DNA of 63,461 nt, filler included, from an uncultured Methanosarcinales archaeon (GTDB taxonomy: Archaea; Nanobdellota; Nanobdellia; Woesearchaeales; B54-G15): assembly GCA_964519225.1 (NCBI GenBank). It is 4 parts of 4 records of this genome, joined end to end, with 100 filler letters (N's around TTAATTAATTAA, not from the genome) between each part and the next. Parts side by side here need not be neighbours in the genome. Positions count along the whole stretch, not along the records: positions 1 to 23,130 come from CAZFJK010000014.1; positions 23,231 to 40,621 come from CAZFJK010000015.1; 2 more parts are not named here. The stretch is one strand, 5' to 3'. Below, one piece after another: positions 18,208 through 28,062 of this stretch (the first letter of the stretch is position 1; each line of letters opens with the position of its first letter). A program made the position numbers and the translations under genes. A model generated the notes under the pieces. It was given only the letters and a program-made list of their open reading frames with translations. It searched no databases and was not told the origin of the DNA.

Positions 18208-20658
18208 ATGGAATCCATTACCTTTTACCCTATCGACATCCAGTACAAACTAATAGGGGAAAAAGCGCATATTTACTTATTCGGCAGAACATCAGAAGGA
18301 AAGCAGGTATGCATTATCGATCCATCATTTGAACCGTATTTCTATGTTCTTCCAAAAGAAAACGTCTCGCTCAATGAATTAAAGAAACAAATAGAGCAGA
18401 TCGAAGTTGAAATCAATAACAAGCGCGTAAAACCAACAAGAACAGAACTAATTAAAAAAAGCATCCTCAGAAAAGAAAAAACCCTTATACGCGTTTATTG
18501 CCCCTATCCGCAAACGGTTCCGCGCATAAGAAGAGCTGTTAAGGAACATCCCCTTGTCGAAAATACCTTCGAGTATGACATTCCTTTTGTGAGAAGATAT
18601 CTTATTGATAAGCGTATTGCTCTACTGACGGCGCTCCGTGTTAAAGTAGAGCCTTATAACATTAGAAGCAAGGTTCCAACATTTTTAGCAAAAGAGCTGG
18701 TTCAAACAGAGCAGATGATTCCAGCTGACGGTCTTCGCATTCTTGCATTTGATATAGAAACATACAACCCAACAGGTAAAAAACCAAACGCGACTGAAAA
18801 TCCTATCGTCATGCTCGCATTCCACGGCAAGAATTTCAAACGCGTCATAACATGGAAAAAATTCAAAACAAAGAACGAATTCATTGAATTTGTTGATGGT
18901 GAAGCTCAATTAATTGAACGTTTTATCGAAACAATAGATCAATATAAACCAGACATCTTAGTAGGCTTTTATTCTGATGGCTTTGATCTTCCATATATCA
19001 TTACAAGAGCTAAAAAATATAACATAGATTTGACGATAAATCTTGATTATTCTGTGCCAAAATATGCGAGAGGAAAATCTGAGTCAGTGCGGTTTTTTGG
19101 CATAGCACACATAGATTTATTCAAATTCATCAACAAAATCTTAGGAATTCATGACCTTGAGTTTCTATCCTTGCAGGAAATAGCGAACCAGCTTCTTGGT
19201 GAAGAAAAGATGCAAGTTGATATCGATGCTTTAGCAGAAATCTGGGATAATAAGCCAGAACTGCTCGAAAAATTCTGCCTGTACAATCTAAAAGACGCAG
19301 AACTTACCTATAAACTTTTACTGAAAATTCTACCAAACATAATTGAACTCGTAAAGCTTATAGAGCTACCATTAGCAGACATTAACAGGATGAGCACATC
19401 TCAGTTGGTCGAATGGTATATAATAAAACAAATTCAGGAGTTCGATGAAATCATCCTGAACAGACCGAGTTTTCAGGAGCAGCAAAAAAGACGTTTGCAG
19501 ACATACAAAGGAGCTTTTGTTTATGAACCGTCTCCAGGACTTTATGAAAACATAGCAGTATTCGATTTCAGATCACTATATCCAAGCATCATTGTTGCAC
19601 ATAACATATGCTTATCAACATTAAACTGTCATTGCTGCAAAAACACAGCAAAAAGAATTCCAGGCATGAACGACTGGTTCTGCACAAAGCACAGAGGCAT
19701 AATTCCTCGAATAGTCGAAAGTCTCGTAACAAGAAGAATGAGAATAAAAGAATTGCTTAAACAGCATTATGATCCATTGCTCAAAGCAAGAAGCCAAAAT
19801 CTTAAGCTATTAGCAAATGCCTTCTATGGCTATCTTGGCTTTTTTGCAGCCAGATGGTATAACTTAAAATGCGCTCAAAGTATTACCGCCCTTGGGAGAT
19901 ATCATATCAATGAAGTTATATTTATGGCTCAAAACAAAGGATTTAAGGTTATCTATGCAGATACAGATAGCATATTTATTGAACTCAAAAATAAAACGAG
20001 ATCAGACGCCCTTGCTTTTGCTGCTGAAATAAATCAACAACTTCCGAGCTTTATGGAGCTCGAATTCGAAGGATTCTATCCTAAAGGTATATTCGTTGCA
20101 ACAAAAGAAAAAGACACAGCAGGAGCAAAAAAGAAATACGCTCTCTTAAGTGAAAATGGCGAAATCAGTGTAAAAGGTTTTGAAACAGTCAGGCGAAACT
20201 GGAGTCAGATAGCTAAGGAATTGCAAATGGAAGTACTGAAAATAATATTAAAGGAATCAAATCCTGAAAAAGCAAAAGAATACGTTAGGAAAGTTATTGC
20301 ATTACTCAAAGAAGGAAAAATACCAAATGAACTTCTTGTAATTAAAACACAGCTACAAAAAGCAGTTTCAGATTATGCATCTATTGCGCCACACGTTGCC
20401 ATTGCAAAAAAGCTTCAATCAGCTGGTTATCAAATAGGCCCTGGCAGCATGATTAAATATGTAATCAAACGCGGAAAAGGCCTTGTTAGAGAAAGAGCCG
20501 TTCTGCCAGAACAGCTTGAACAAGGTGACTATGACGCTGAATATTATATCCAGCATCAAATAATCCCTGCTGTAGAACGAATATTTGAAGTACTTGGCAT
20601 CAAAAAAGAAAGTTTGTTAGAGCAATCCCAAAAACAATTAGGAGATTTCTTTAATTAG
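18208..20658 (+). CDS. polB: Family B DNA polymerase (PolB3 type)
   Basis: FDIET, FDLPY, DFRSLYPSII, KLLANAFYGY, YADTDS, KKKYA; no intein. Confidence 0.97.
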   Translation: MESITFYPIDIQYKLIGEKAHIYLFGRTSEGKQVCIIDPSFEPYFYVLPKENVSLNELKKQIEQIEVEINNKRVKPTRTELIKKSILRKEKTLIRVYCPYPQTVPRIRRAVKEHPLVENTFEYDIPFVRRYLIDKRIALLTALRVKVEPYNIRSKVPTFLAKELVQTEQMIPADGLRILAFDIETYNPTGKKPNATENPIVMLAFHGKNFKRVITWKKFKTKNEFIEFVDGEAQLIERFIETIDQYKPDILVGFYSDGFDLPYIITRAKKYNIDLTINLDYSVPKYARGKSESVRFFGIAHIDLFKFINKILGIHDLEFLSLQEIANQLLGEEKMQVDIDALAEIWDNKPELLEKFCLYNLKDAELTYKLLLKILPNIIELVKLIELPLADINRMSTSQLVEWYIIKQIQEFDEIILNRPSFQEQQKRRLQTYKGAFVYEPSPGLYENIAVFDFRSLYPSIIVAHNICLSTLNCHCCKNTAKRIPGMNDWFCTKHRGIIPRIVESLVTRRMRIKELLKQHYDPLLKARSQNLKLLANAFYGYLGFFAARWYNLKCAQSITALGRYHINEVIFMAQNKGFKVIYADTDSIFIELKNKTRSDALAFAAEINQQLPSFMELEFEGFYPKGIFVATKEKDTAGAKKKYALLSENGEISVKGFETVRRNWSQIAKELQMEVLKIILKESNPEKAKEYVRKVIALLKEGKIPNELLVIKTQLQKAVSDYASIAPHVAIAKKLQSAGYQIGPGSMIKYVIKRGKGLVRERAVLPEQLEQGDYDAEYYIQHQIIPAVERIFEVLGIKKESLLEQSQKQLGDFFN

Positions 20659-21162
20659 CTTTTTAAGCAAACTAAAATCTCTTTTCATCTTTCTTCTTAT
20701 TTTCGGAAACCTCATTCCCGCAGCTGGATGTGCGGTTTTGAGAACTATTCTTCCTGAAAGCAGGTCTTCTGGAACATAGCGCTGCGCAATTCTTCCGAGA
20801 AGCACAACAAGCTTTGGATTAATCAGCTCTATTTGTCTAGAAAGATGGTTCTCAATACAAATCCTTGCTTCATCTGCTTTTGGAGGCCTGTTCTTCGGTG
20901 GAAAACATTTAACAACAGAAGTAATAAAGCATTTCCGCCTCTCAAGTCCGATTTCATCAAGTAATACATTTAAGAATTTTCCTGCCTTTCCAACAAAAGG
21001 TCTTCCAGTAGCATCCTCCTGCTTTCCGGGAGCTTGACCAATAAACATTACCTTCGCATTCTTCGGTCCTTCACCAGGAACCGCTTTTTTCCTGCTTTTC
21101 CACAGCCTGCATAATCTGCAGTTCTCAATTCTTTTTGCCAAAGCTTTCAAATCGAGACTCAT
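20638..21162 (-). CDS. udg: Uracil-DNA glycosylase, family 4
   Basis: CxxC Fe-S ligands, GQAPG, PFVG, KCFPP, HPA. Confidence 0.93.
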   Translation of the reverse strand: MSLDLKALAKRIENCRLCRLWKSRKKAVPGEGPKNAKVMFIGQAPGKQEDATGRPFVGKAGKFLNVLLDEIGLERRKCFITSVVKCFPPKNRPPKADEARICIENHLSRQIELINPKLVVLLGRIAQRYVPEDLLSGRIVLKTAHPAAGMRFPKIRRKMKRDFSLLKKLIKEIS

Positions 21163-21224
21163 TTTTTACCTCATTCGTATTAAAACATAAAAATATTTTT
21201 ATAACGTGCCAAAATAATAGATAA

Positions 21225-22511
21225 ATGCAAATATTCGCTGATTTGCATATACATTCAAGATTCAGCAGAGCTACTTCTAAAGATATCACAATTCAGCAGC
21301 TTGAAAAATGGGCAAAAATAAAGGGCATAGACCTCCTCGGCACAGGTGATTTTACCCATCCTTTATGGCTGAAGGAGTTGAAAGAAAATCTTGCAGAAGA
21401 CGGCTCGGGTTTTCTCAAAACAAAAACAGGATTTACTTTTGCACTGCAAACAGAAATAAGCTTAATCTATTCTCAAGCAAATAAAGGAAGGCGCATACAT
21501 CTTGTTGTTCTTGCTCCAAGTTTTTCTATAGTTGATCAAATAAATGACTGGCTTAGCAAAAAAGGTCGCCTTGACTATGATGGAAGACCCATATTCAATA
21601 TTTCATGCCCTGAATTCGTTGAAAAACTAAAAGCAATCAGCAGAGATATTGAAATCATACCTGCTCATGCATGGACTCCTTGGTTTGGTGTTTTTGGAAG
21701 CAAAACAGGATTTGACAGCTTGGAAGAATGCTTTCAGGATCAAACAAAACACATTTCTGCCATTGAAACAGGTCTTAGCTCAGATCCGCCAATGAACTGG
21801 CGATTAAGCAAACTCGACCGCATCAATCTTGTCAGTTTTTCAGATGCGCATTCATTCTGGCCATGGCGTCTCGGTAGAGAAGCTACTATATTTGATATCC
21901 AACCAACATATAAAGAATTAATTAATGCAATAAGAACAGGAGATGGCTTAGTTGGAACCATAGAAGTAGACCCAAGCTATGGCAAATATCACTTTGACGG
22001 TCACCGCGCTTGCAATGTTCGCTTAGCGCCAAGAGAATCAATGAAAATAAAAAACATTTGCCCAGTTTGCAAAAAACCACTTACAATAGGCGTTCTTCAC
22101 AGGGTTGAGGAATTAGCAGACAGGCCTGAACAATTCATGCCTGAAAATGCAAAAAAATTCTTCAGGATAATTCCATTATCAGAACTTATTGCGCATTACA
22201 ACAAAACAGCTGTGAACAGAAAATCCATATGGGACACATATTTTAAATTCATCCGCGCATTTGGAACAGAGTTAAATGTGCTTTTAAAAGCGCCATTTGA
22301 AGCCCTTTGCCAAGTCGCAGGAAAAGAAAACGAAGAATTAGCATCAATAATAATCAAAAACAGAGAGGGAAAGATTCCAATACAGCCGGGATTCGACGGC
22401 GTATATGGGTATCCTGTTTTTGACTCAAAGGAATCAAAAGAAAAAGGAAATTTATCGCTCATTACAACTGCAAAAACAGAACAAAAAGATCTTAAAGAGT
22501 TTTTCGGCTAG
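21225..22511 (+). CDS. endoQ: Endonuclease Q (PHP domain plus Zn finger)
   Basis: DLHIHS, GTGDFTHP, PAHAWTP, ETGLSSD, SDAHS, GKYH, CPVC, GVLHRV, PGFDGVYG. Confidence 0.9.
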   Translation: MQIFADLHIHSRFSRATSKDITIQQLEKWAKIKGIDLLGTGDFTHPLWLKELKENLAEDGSGFLKTKTGFTFALQTEISLIYSQANKGRRIHLVVLAPSFSIVDQINDWLSKKGRLDYDGRPIFNISCPEFVEKLKAISRDIEIIPAHAWTPWFGVFGSKTGFDSLEECFQDQTKHISAIETGLSSDPPMNWRLSKLDRINLVSFSDAHSFWPWRLGREATIFDIQPTYKELINAIRTGDGLVGTIEVDPSYGKYHFDGHRACNVRLAPRESMKIKNICPVCKKPLTIGVLHRVEELADRPEQFMPENAKKFFRIIPLSELIAHYNKTAVNRKSIWDTYFKFIRAFGTELNVLLKAPFEALCQVAGKENEELASIIIKNREGKIPIQPGFDGVYGYPVFDSKESKEKGNLSLITTAKTEQKDLKEFFG

Positions 22512-22540
22512 TTAGCATCAACTTAAAACTGCTTCAAATA

Positions 22541-22559
22541 AGTATATAGCTTATATACT
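22541..22559. promoter_or_regulatory. Perfect 8-bp inverted repeat upstream of the acidic microprotein
   Basis: AGTATATA-GCT-TATATACT. Confidence 0.45.
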
Positions 22560-22595
22560 AAAAATTTTTAAAGTATTTCATTAATCACACCGAAA

Positions 22596-22781
22596 ATGTC
22601 ATCCTACGACTATGAAGAATATGATGAATATGTCGATGACAGCTATGCAGAAAGCGAAGATGAACGCGACTATGACGAACTTGTAGAAAACGATACCCTC
22701 TCAGCGAATGAAGCAGCTTTTCTTCGAGGCTGTGAAAAAGCAAGCTACAGAGAAAGCGACGACGAAGAAGAGGACTACTAA
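22596..22781 (+). CDS. Hyper-acidic microprotein (61 aa)
   Basis: D/E/Y-rich; NEAAFLRGCEKA matches EGAAFLRGYEEA of 12939-13103. Confidence 0.75.
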   Translation: MSSYDYEEYDEYVDDSYAESEDERDYDELVENDTLSANEAAFLRGCEKASYRESDDEEEDY

Positions 22782-23130
22782 GCTCGCCCATACTTCTCTT
22801 TTAGATATTCCTCTCTCATTTGTTTAAGAACCTCTGCATATTTTGGAGCACCCACCATAAGCATCGGTTTTAATAAGCAATAAATAATTGCATTTTCTAT
22901 TTTATTTCTTATTTTGCCTTTTAATACTTTCAAATCGAATTCAAGCTCAACACACCGATTTTTTCTGTCTACAGTTAAAGTTCCCAATTGATCAAGAGAT
23001 TTAAAAGGTCTCAAATATTGTTCTGTTATTTGTTCAGGATTTGAGCACTCGCAATTGCTAAAAAACCTTGTAAGCAGCTCTCCATTTTCAAATCCTCTTC
23101 GCTCATAAAAATCAAACAAAGCATCTTCAG
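22778..23130 (-). CDS. Hypothetical protein, 5'-truncated at the contig edge
   Basis: Open frame running into the linker. Confidence 0.6.
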
Positions 23131-23230
23131 NNNNNNNNNNNNNNNNNNNNNNNNNNNNNNNNNNNNNNNNNNNNTTAATTAATTAANNNNNNNNNNNNNN
23201 NNNNNNNNNNNNNNNNNNNNNNNNNNNNNN
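23131..23230. other. Artificial contig linker
   Basis: N44-TTAATTAATTAA-N44, with stops in all six frames. Confidence 0.99.
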
Positions 23231-23241
23231 GTTCAAAAATT

Positions 23242-23649
23242 TTGAAGTACAATAATAGGGTTTTGATCGGGCTTCCAGAAGGAGAGTATTTTCGCAGAGA
23301 ATACCAGATCTTTGCTCAAGCTTTTTCTTTGCTTGGGTTTGATGTTAGATCTGAGTGCGATGATGAAAAAGCAGATATAGGTCGTGAATTGGTTAAGATT
23401 CTTGAGTTAAAAGGTTTGGTTGACGGTGAGAAGCAGATAGATTTGATTGTTAGGTGCGATAGTGCTGACTTGAGATTGTACTATGGTGATAGCGGTAGTG
23501 TTGAGTTAAGAGATTTTGCAAGAAAGATCGCGAATGCTTATAATGGAACAGCGTATGTTTTCAGACTGGACGGATTTAAGGATGTGCTTATTTTAAGATA
23601 TCCTCCTGAAAAAGCAAAAGAGGTTTTGAGTGCTTTTGGTGATGTTTGA
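23242..23649 (+). CDS. Hypothetical protein, probably 5'-truncated
   Basis: ORF at the contig start; TGATG coupling to the next gene. Confidence 0.6.
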   Translation: MKYNNRVLIGLPEGEYFRREYQIFAQAFSLLGFDVRSECDDEKADIGRELVKILELKGLVDGEKQIDLIVRCDSADLRLYYGDSGSVELRDFARKIANAYNGTAYVFRLDGFKDVLILRYPPEKAKEVLSAFGDV

Positions 23650-24071
23650 TGGTTAGCGCGTATGCTATTGCAAAGAAGTATGTTTTCTGGACTATTTTTT
23701 CTATAGTTCTGCTTACAGCAGTGTTTTCTTTTGTTGGTTTGATGGGCAGGGTTAAGGCAAGGCTTGCTGCATTTCCTCATATGCTGAATGAGGAGATCAT
23801 TGCTTACAGATTTTTACTTGGTTGTTTTGGAGACGAGCTAGGCATAGTTGAGCTTGATAGATTTACAAACAAAACACTTGAACAGTGCTATAAGACAAAG
23901 TCAACTAGAGATTATAATTTTGCACTCGAACTTGTTAATAGTGGCAGAATGATCGCTGGAAAGAATTTTTATTGGAAAGAGGATAGAAGGTTGAATTTTC
24001 CTGTTATAGTAAAGAATGATAGTGATGAGAGTGTTGATGAACTTATTGTTTACATAAGGAGGCCAATCTAA
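23649..24071 (+). CDS. Membrane-anchored hypothetical protein (pilin-like cluster)
   Basis: Single N-terminal TM; Cys pair in the soluble domain. Confidence 0.7.
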   Translation: MVSAYAIAKKYVFWTIFSIVLLTAVFSFVGLMGRVKARLAAFPHMLNEEIIAYRFLLGCFGDELGIVELDRFTNKTLEQCYKTKSTRDYNFALELVNSGRMIAGKNFYWKEDRRLNFPVIVKNDSDESVDELIVYIRRPI

Positions 24072-24072
24072 A

Positions 24073-24588
24073 ATGCTTGAGGATGTGATTGATTTGATTG
24101 TTTTTATTGCTTTTGTTGCATTGCTCTATTTTCTTATTCATACTTTAGCTGTTTCGCCTTTGGAAAAGGAAGCGTTGATCATTGAAGATGGTCTGAATGA
24201 GTTGAGATATGATTATATTTTAAGCGTTTATCTTAAAACAAAGGTTGGAAATGAAACTATGCTGGAGTTGATGATTAAGGCAAAGGAAAATGATGCTGCT
24301 TGGGAACGATGGAAGAATGCAACAAAGCCCTTTTTGAAATATTTTAAAGATACATATCTTGTTTTGGATGAAAAAACTTTTTTGTGGAAAGGCGACTTCT
24401 ATGAGGGTTTTTTTAAGGTAGTTACAGACATTTTTAACTGGGTAGATCTGTTTAAAGAAAGACCTTTGGAAGGTGCTTTGGTTACAAAGAAGTTTGTTTT
24501 TGCAGGAGAGGAGCATTATGTTGGTTTGTTTGTTTCAGGCATTAAAATAGAAATGCCAGAAAGTGGCATTCCAGTTATTGTTGCGTAA
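24073..24588 (+). CDS. Membrane-anchored hypothetical protein (pilin-like cluster)
   Basis: N-terminal TM; tightly coupled to its neighbours. Confidence 0.7.
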   Translation: MLEDVIDLIVFIAFVALLYFLIHTLAVSPLEKEALIIEDGLNELRYDYILSVYLKTKVGNETMLELMIKAKENDAAWERWKNATKPFLKYFKDTYLVLDEKTFLWKGDFYEGFFKVVTDIFNWVDLFKERPLEGALVTKKFVFAGEEHYVGLFVSGIKIEMPESGIPVIVA

Positions 24589-24589
24589 G

Positions 24590-25249
24590 ATGCTGCGCGG
24601 AAAAAAAGGAGCGGTGTTGTATTGGATTGGTTTGGTTTTTCTATTTGTTTTTATGCTGAGCTTACTGCTTTTTACCAAACCAAAAGAGATTGATCAGGGA
24701 AAAGGAAGGACTGCGATGAATGTGATTAAAGAAGGAATTTCTTTAAGCGATGCTGCGCTTTCTTATGATTTAAGCTTGAGATATGAAATTGAAGGGGTGT
24801 TTAAGCAACTAAAAGGGCTTAATCCTTTGCTGCTGAACGGATCAGCGAGGACGCCTTTTAGTTATAGGGCGATGTTCGAGAAAATGCTAAATGAGATTAG
24901 GCTTGAGCCAATAAAATCAGAAAAGGAAGAATGTAGAATTCTTAATCTGACATACGATTCTTTTTCAGGAAACTTTTTGGGCTATGTAAGGTGTTCAACT
25001 TTGAAAGGGCACGATTCTGCGATAGCCGGCAGATGGATTGAGTTCAGTCCTGATTTGGAGAGATATTTTTCTTTGTTTGATAAGATAAATGTTTTTATTT
25101 CAGGGCTAAAGGAATGTTATTCCTTGCCTTGCATTGAAAACGTAACTCTGCTTTTTGATGCAGAAAGTGAATATTCAGATGGTGTTTTTCAATTTGATGT
25201 TGGAGGAATACGATTTAGAGCTGTTCTGAATATATCTTCGATAACATAA
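24590..25249 (+). CDS. Putative type IV pilin-like protein with class III signal peptide
   Basis: ATG 24590 gives MLRGKKG-AVLYWIGLVFLFVFMLSLLL (KKG followed by a hydrophobic helix). Confidence 0.65.
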   Translation: MLRGKKGAVLYWIGLVFLFVFMLSLLLFTKPKEIDQGKGRTAMNVIKEGISLSDAALSYDLSLRYEIEGVFKQLKGLNPLLLNGSARTPFSYRAMFEKMLNEIRLEPIKSEKEECRILNLTYDSFSGNFLGYVRCSTLKGHDSAIAGRWIEFSPDLERYFSLFDKINVFISGLKECYSLPCIENVTLLFDAESEYSDGVFQFDVGGIRFRAVLNISSIT

Positions 25250-25282
25250 ATATTTTTAAAACAGATTTTGAATTGAAAGCTA

Positions 25283-26293
25283 ATGTTTAAGATTCCTATT
25301 GAAAATATAATTGAAAGAATAAAGCAGGAAAAAGGACTTTCTGATGCTGAGATAAATCAGATGATCGAAAAAAAGATAGAACAGCTTTCTGGTTTAGTGA
25401 GCAGAGAAGGAGCTGCGCATATTGTTGCAAATGAGCTTGGTGTTAAACTGTTCGAGCCTGTTGAAGGAAGGATTCAGATAAAGAATGTTTTGGTTGGGAT
25501 GCGACGGGTTGAAGTTGCTGGAAAAGTACTACAGCTAGGAGCAGTAAGGGAATTTGAAACTCCCGACGGCAAGCAGGGAAAGGTTGGAAGTTTGATGATC
25601 GGCGATGAAAGCGATGTGATCAGGATTGTTTTATGGGGCAGCATAGCCGATAAGCTTAATGAAATCAGCGAGGGAGATTTGATAAAGGTTGAGAATGGGT
25701 ATGTTAGGGAAAGGAACGGAAGGAAGGAGATACATCTTAGTGATAAAGGAAATATTCTTGTTAATCCACCAGATATTGAGATAGGTGAAGTTAAGCTGCC
25801 GACGCCAGAGCAAAAGAAGATTATCGAGCTAAATGAAGGAGATTTAAATGTTGAGATAGTCGGTACGATTATACAAGTCTTTGATCCAACGTTTTATGAA
25901 GTATGTCCTGTATGTGGAAAAAGGATAAAAAAGGTTGAAGAGTCTGGAGGTACTAGCGATAGTGAGGGATTTAAATGCAATAAGCATGGCGTGTTTAAAG
26001 AACCGAGCTTTGCTTATGTTCTGAATATCTTTGTCGATGATGGAAGCGATATAATAAGATGCGTTCTTTTCAGGGAGAATGCTACTGCTCTGATTGGCGA
26101 AGATGTTATGAGCTATAAGGACGGTTCTTTTGATGATGTGAAGATGAAATTGATTGGAACTCAGGTTAAGCTTAGAGGAAGAGTTGTAAAGAATCTTTTG
26201 TTTGACAGACTCGAATTTATAGTTAATGAAGTTGAAAAGAAAGATTTATCAACTGCAGAAGAATCAATTGCAAAAGAAGAAAAAGTAGAATAG
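25283..26293 (+). CDS. rpa: Replication protein A (OB folds plus Zn finger)
   Basis: GKVGSLMIGDES..IRIVLW, CPVC...CNKHG, VDDGS. Confidence 0.92.
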   Translation: MFKIPIENIIERIKQEKGLSDAEINQMIEKKIEQLSGLVSREGAAHIVANELGVKLFEPVEGRIQIKNVLVGMRRVEVAGKVLQLGAVREFETPDGKQGKVGSLMIGDESDVIRIVLWGSIADKLNEISEGDLIKVENGYVRERNGRKEIHLSDKGNILVNPPDIEIGEVKLPTPEQKKIIELNEGDLNVEIVGTIIQVFDPTFYEVCPVCGKRIKKVEESGGTSDSEGFKCNKHGVFKEPSFAYVLNIFVDDGSDIIRCVLFRENATALIGEDVMSYKDGSFDDVKMKLIGTQVKLRGRVVKNLLFDRLEFIVNEVEKKDLSTAEESIAKEEKVE

Positions 26294-26298
26294 TAACA

Positions 26299-26760
26299 AT
26301 GCAATGGAAGACGCATTTAGTATTTGGTTTTTTAGTTGGCTTGTTTGCTTTGAGTTATGTTAGGATTGAGAACAAAATCTTATTCTTTTTGTTTGTTTTG
26401 CTAGGGTCTTTATTGCCGGATATAGATAGTCCGAGATCAAAGTTTGGCAGCAAGATAAAGATTGTTGGGAAGATTTTCAAGCACAGAGGGATTTTTCATT
26501 CTGCTATAACAGGGGTTGTGCTCAGCGGCATAGTTTGGTATTTTGTTAATGCTACGTGCGGAGTTGGATTGTTTGTTGGCTATATTTCGCATTTGCTGAT
26601 TGACGGGTTTACTGTTCAAGGCGTTAATTTTTTACATCCCTTTGGAAAATTGCATCTTAGCGGGTTTATTGAAACAGGAAAGGTTGGTGAATGGATTGTG
26701 TTTGGGGTTGTTGTTTTTCTCATTCTTTTGAAATTAGGTATTTTTAGTTTGCTTGGCTAG
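26299..26760 (+). CDS. YdjM-family membrane metal-dependent hydrolase
   Basis: KTH, LPDID, HRGIFHS, SHLLID, G..P. Confidence 0.9.
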   Translation: MQWKTHLVFGFLVGLFALSYVRIENKILFFLFVLLGSLLPDIDSPRSKFGSKIKIVGKIFKHRGIFHSAITGVVLSGIVWYFVNATCGVGLFVGYISHLLIDGFTVQGVNFLHPFGKLHLSGFIETGKVGEWIVFGVVVFLILLKLGIFSLLG

Positions 26761-26843
26761 GGACACTGGACAGGCGCGGTTAAATTATATAAAGAGGTTA
26801 CTGTATAATAAAATATAAAAAAGAAGAACGCGAGGTGGTTTAT

Positions 26844-27107
26844 ATGGCAATTGCTGAAAAGAGGTTTAATGCGGGCGCTGTTTGTGTTACTATTTGGCGC
26901 AATCAAAGACTTGATAAAGATGGAAATCCTGTAACGTACAGGACTTTTTCTTTTCAGAAGAGATATAAAGATAAGAGTGGGAATTGGAAAACAAGTAGTG
27001 TTTTAAGGCTTGCTGATCTGCCGAAGGCTTTACTAACAATACAAAAGGCATATGAATACGCCTTGCTTAAAGAGCATATTAATGAAGAAGAGGTTGGTGG
27101 TGAGTAG
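26844..27107 (+). CDS. Small putative ssDNA-binding protein (PC4/Whirly-like beta sheet plus helix)
   Basis: ATG 26844 with SD GAGGTG; TIWRN...[21 protein letters not shown]. Confidence 0.7.
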   Translation: MAIAEKRFNAGAVCVTIWRNQRLDKDGNPVTYRTFSFQKRYKDKSGNWKTSSVLRLADLPKALLTIQKAYEYALLKEHINEEEVGGE

Positions 27108-27108
27108 A

Positions 27109-28062
27109 ATGACTAAAAAAGAAATCCAGACAATTTATGATCTGCCTGGTGTTGGAGCAGCGACTGCTGAAAAGCTGATTGAACAAGGATATGATGATTT
27201 GATGAGTGTTGCAGTTGCAAGTCCTGGCGAACTAGCAGAACTTGGTTTGAGCGAAAGCAATGCAAGAAAGATAATTGTAGCTGCAAGGAATGCACTTAAA
27301 ATGGATTTTATAACTGGTGAAGAATTGCTTAAACGCAGGGAGAAAGTACTGAAAATAACGACAGGAAGCAAAGCCTTTGATGCATTGCTTGGCGGCGGCA
27401 TTGAAACTGGTTCTATAACAGAAGCTTTTGGACCTTATGGAGCAAGTAAAACACAGCTTGCCCATCAACTTGCTGTAAATATTCATCTAAATGAAGCCTG
27501 CGGAAAAGAGCCTTATGCGATTTTTATTGACACTGAAAATACTTTTAGGCCCGAGAGGATAAAGCAAATGGCTGAAGGTGCTGGTTTAGAGCCTAGCTAT
27601 GTATTGAGTCATATTAAGATGGCGAGGGCCTTTAATTCTGATCATCAAATGTTGCTGGCTGAAAAAATAGATGAATTAATCAAGAAAGAAAAACTTAATG
27701 TAAAGCTTGTTGTGGTTGATAGCTTAACTGCGCATTTCAGGGCTGAATTTATCGGTAGGGGAACTCTTGCAGAAAGGCAACAGAAATTAAACAAGCATAT
27801 GCATGTTTTGATGAAGTTAGCTGATAAGCATAATCTTGCTGTTTATGTTACAAATCAGGTAATGGCAAAACCAGATGTTTTCTTTGGCGATCCGACAGAA
27901 GCCATCGGTGGGAATGTGGTTGCGCACAATTCAGCATTCAGATTGTACCTGAGGAGGGGTAAAAAAGGGACGAGGGTTGCTAAGCTTGTTGATTCACCGA
28001 ATTTGCCAGAAGGAGAGTGTGTTTTTATTGTGACGAGTAAAGGCATCAGGGATGTTAAATGA
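27109..28062 (+). CDS. radA: DNA repair and recombination protein RadA
   Basis: HhH LPGVG, FITG polymerisation motif, [35 protein letters not shown]. Confidence 0.97.
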   Translation: MTKKEIQTIYDLPGVGAATAEKLIEQGYDDLMSVAVASPGELAELGLSESNARKIIVAARNALKMDFITGEELLKRREKVLKITTGSKAFDALLGGGIETGSITEAFGPYGASKTQLAHQLAVNIHLNEACGKEPYAIFIDTENTFRPERIKQMAEGAGLEPSYVLSHIKMARAFNSDHQMLLAEKIDELIKKEKLNVKLVVVDSLTAHFRAEFIGRGTLAERQQKLNKHMHVLMKLADKHNLAVYVTNQVMAKPDVFFGDPTEAIGGNVVAHNSAFRLYLRRGKKGTRVAKLVDSPNLPEGECVFIVTSKGIRDVK

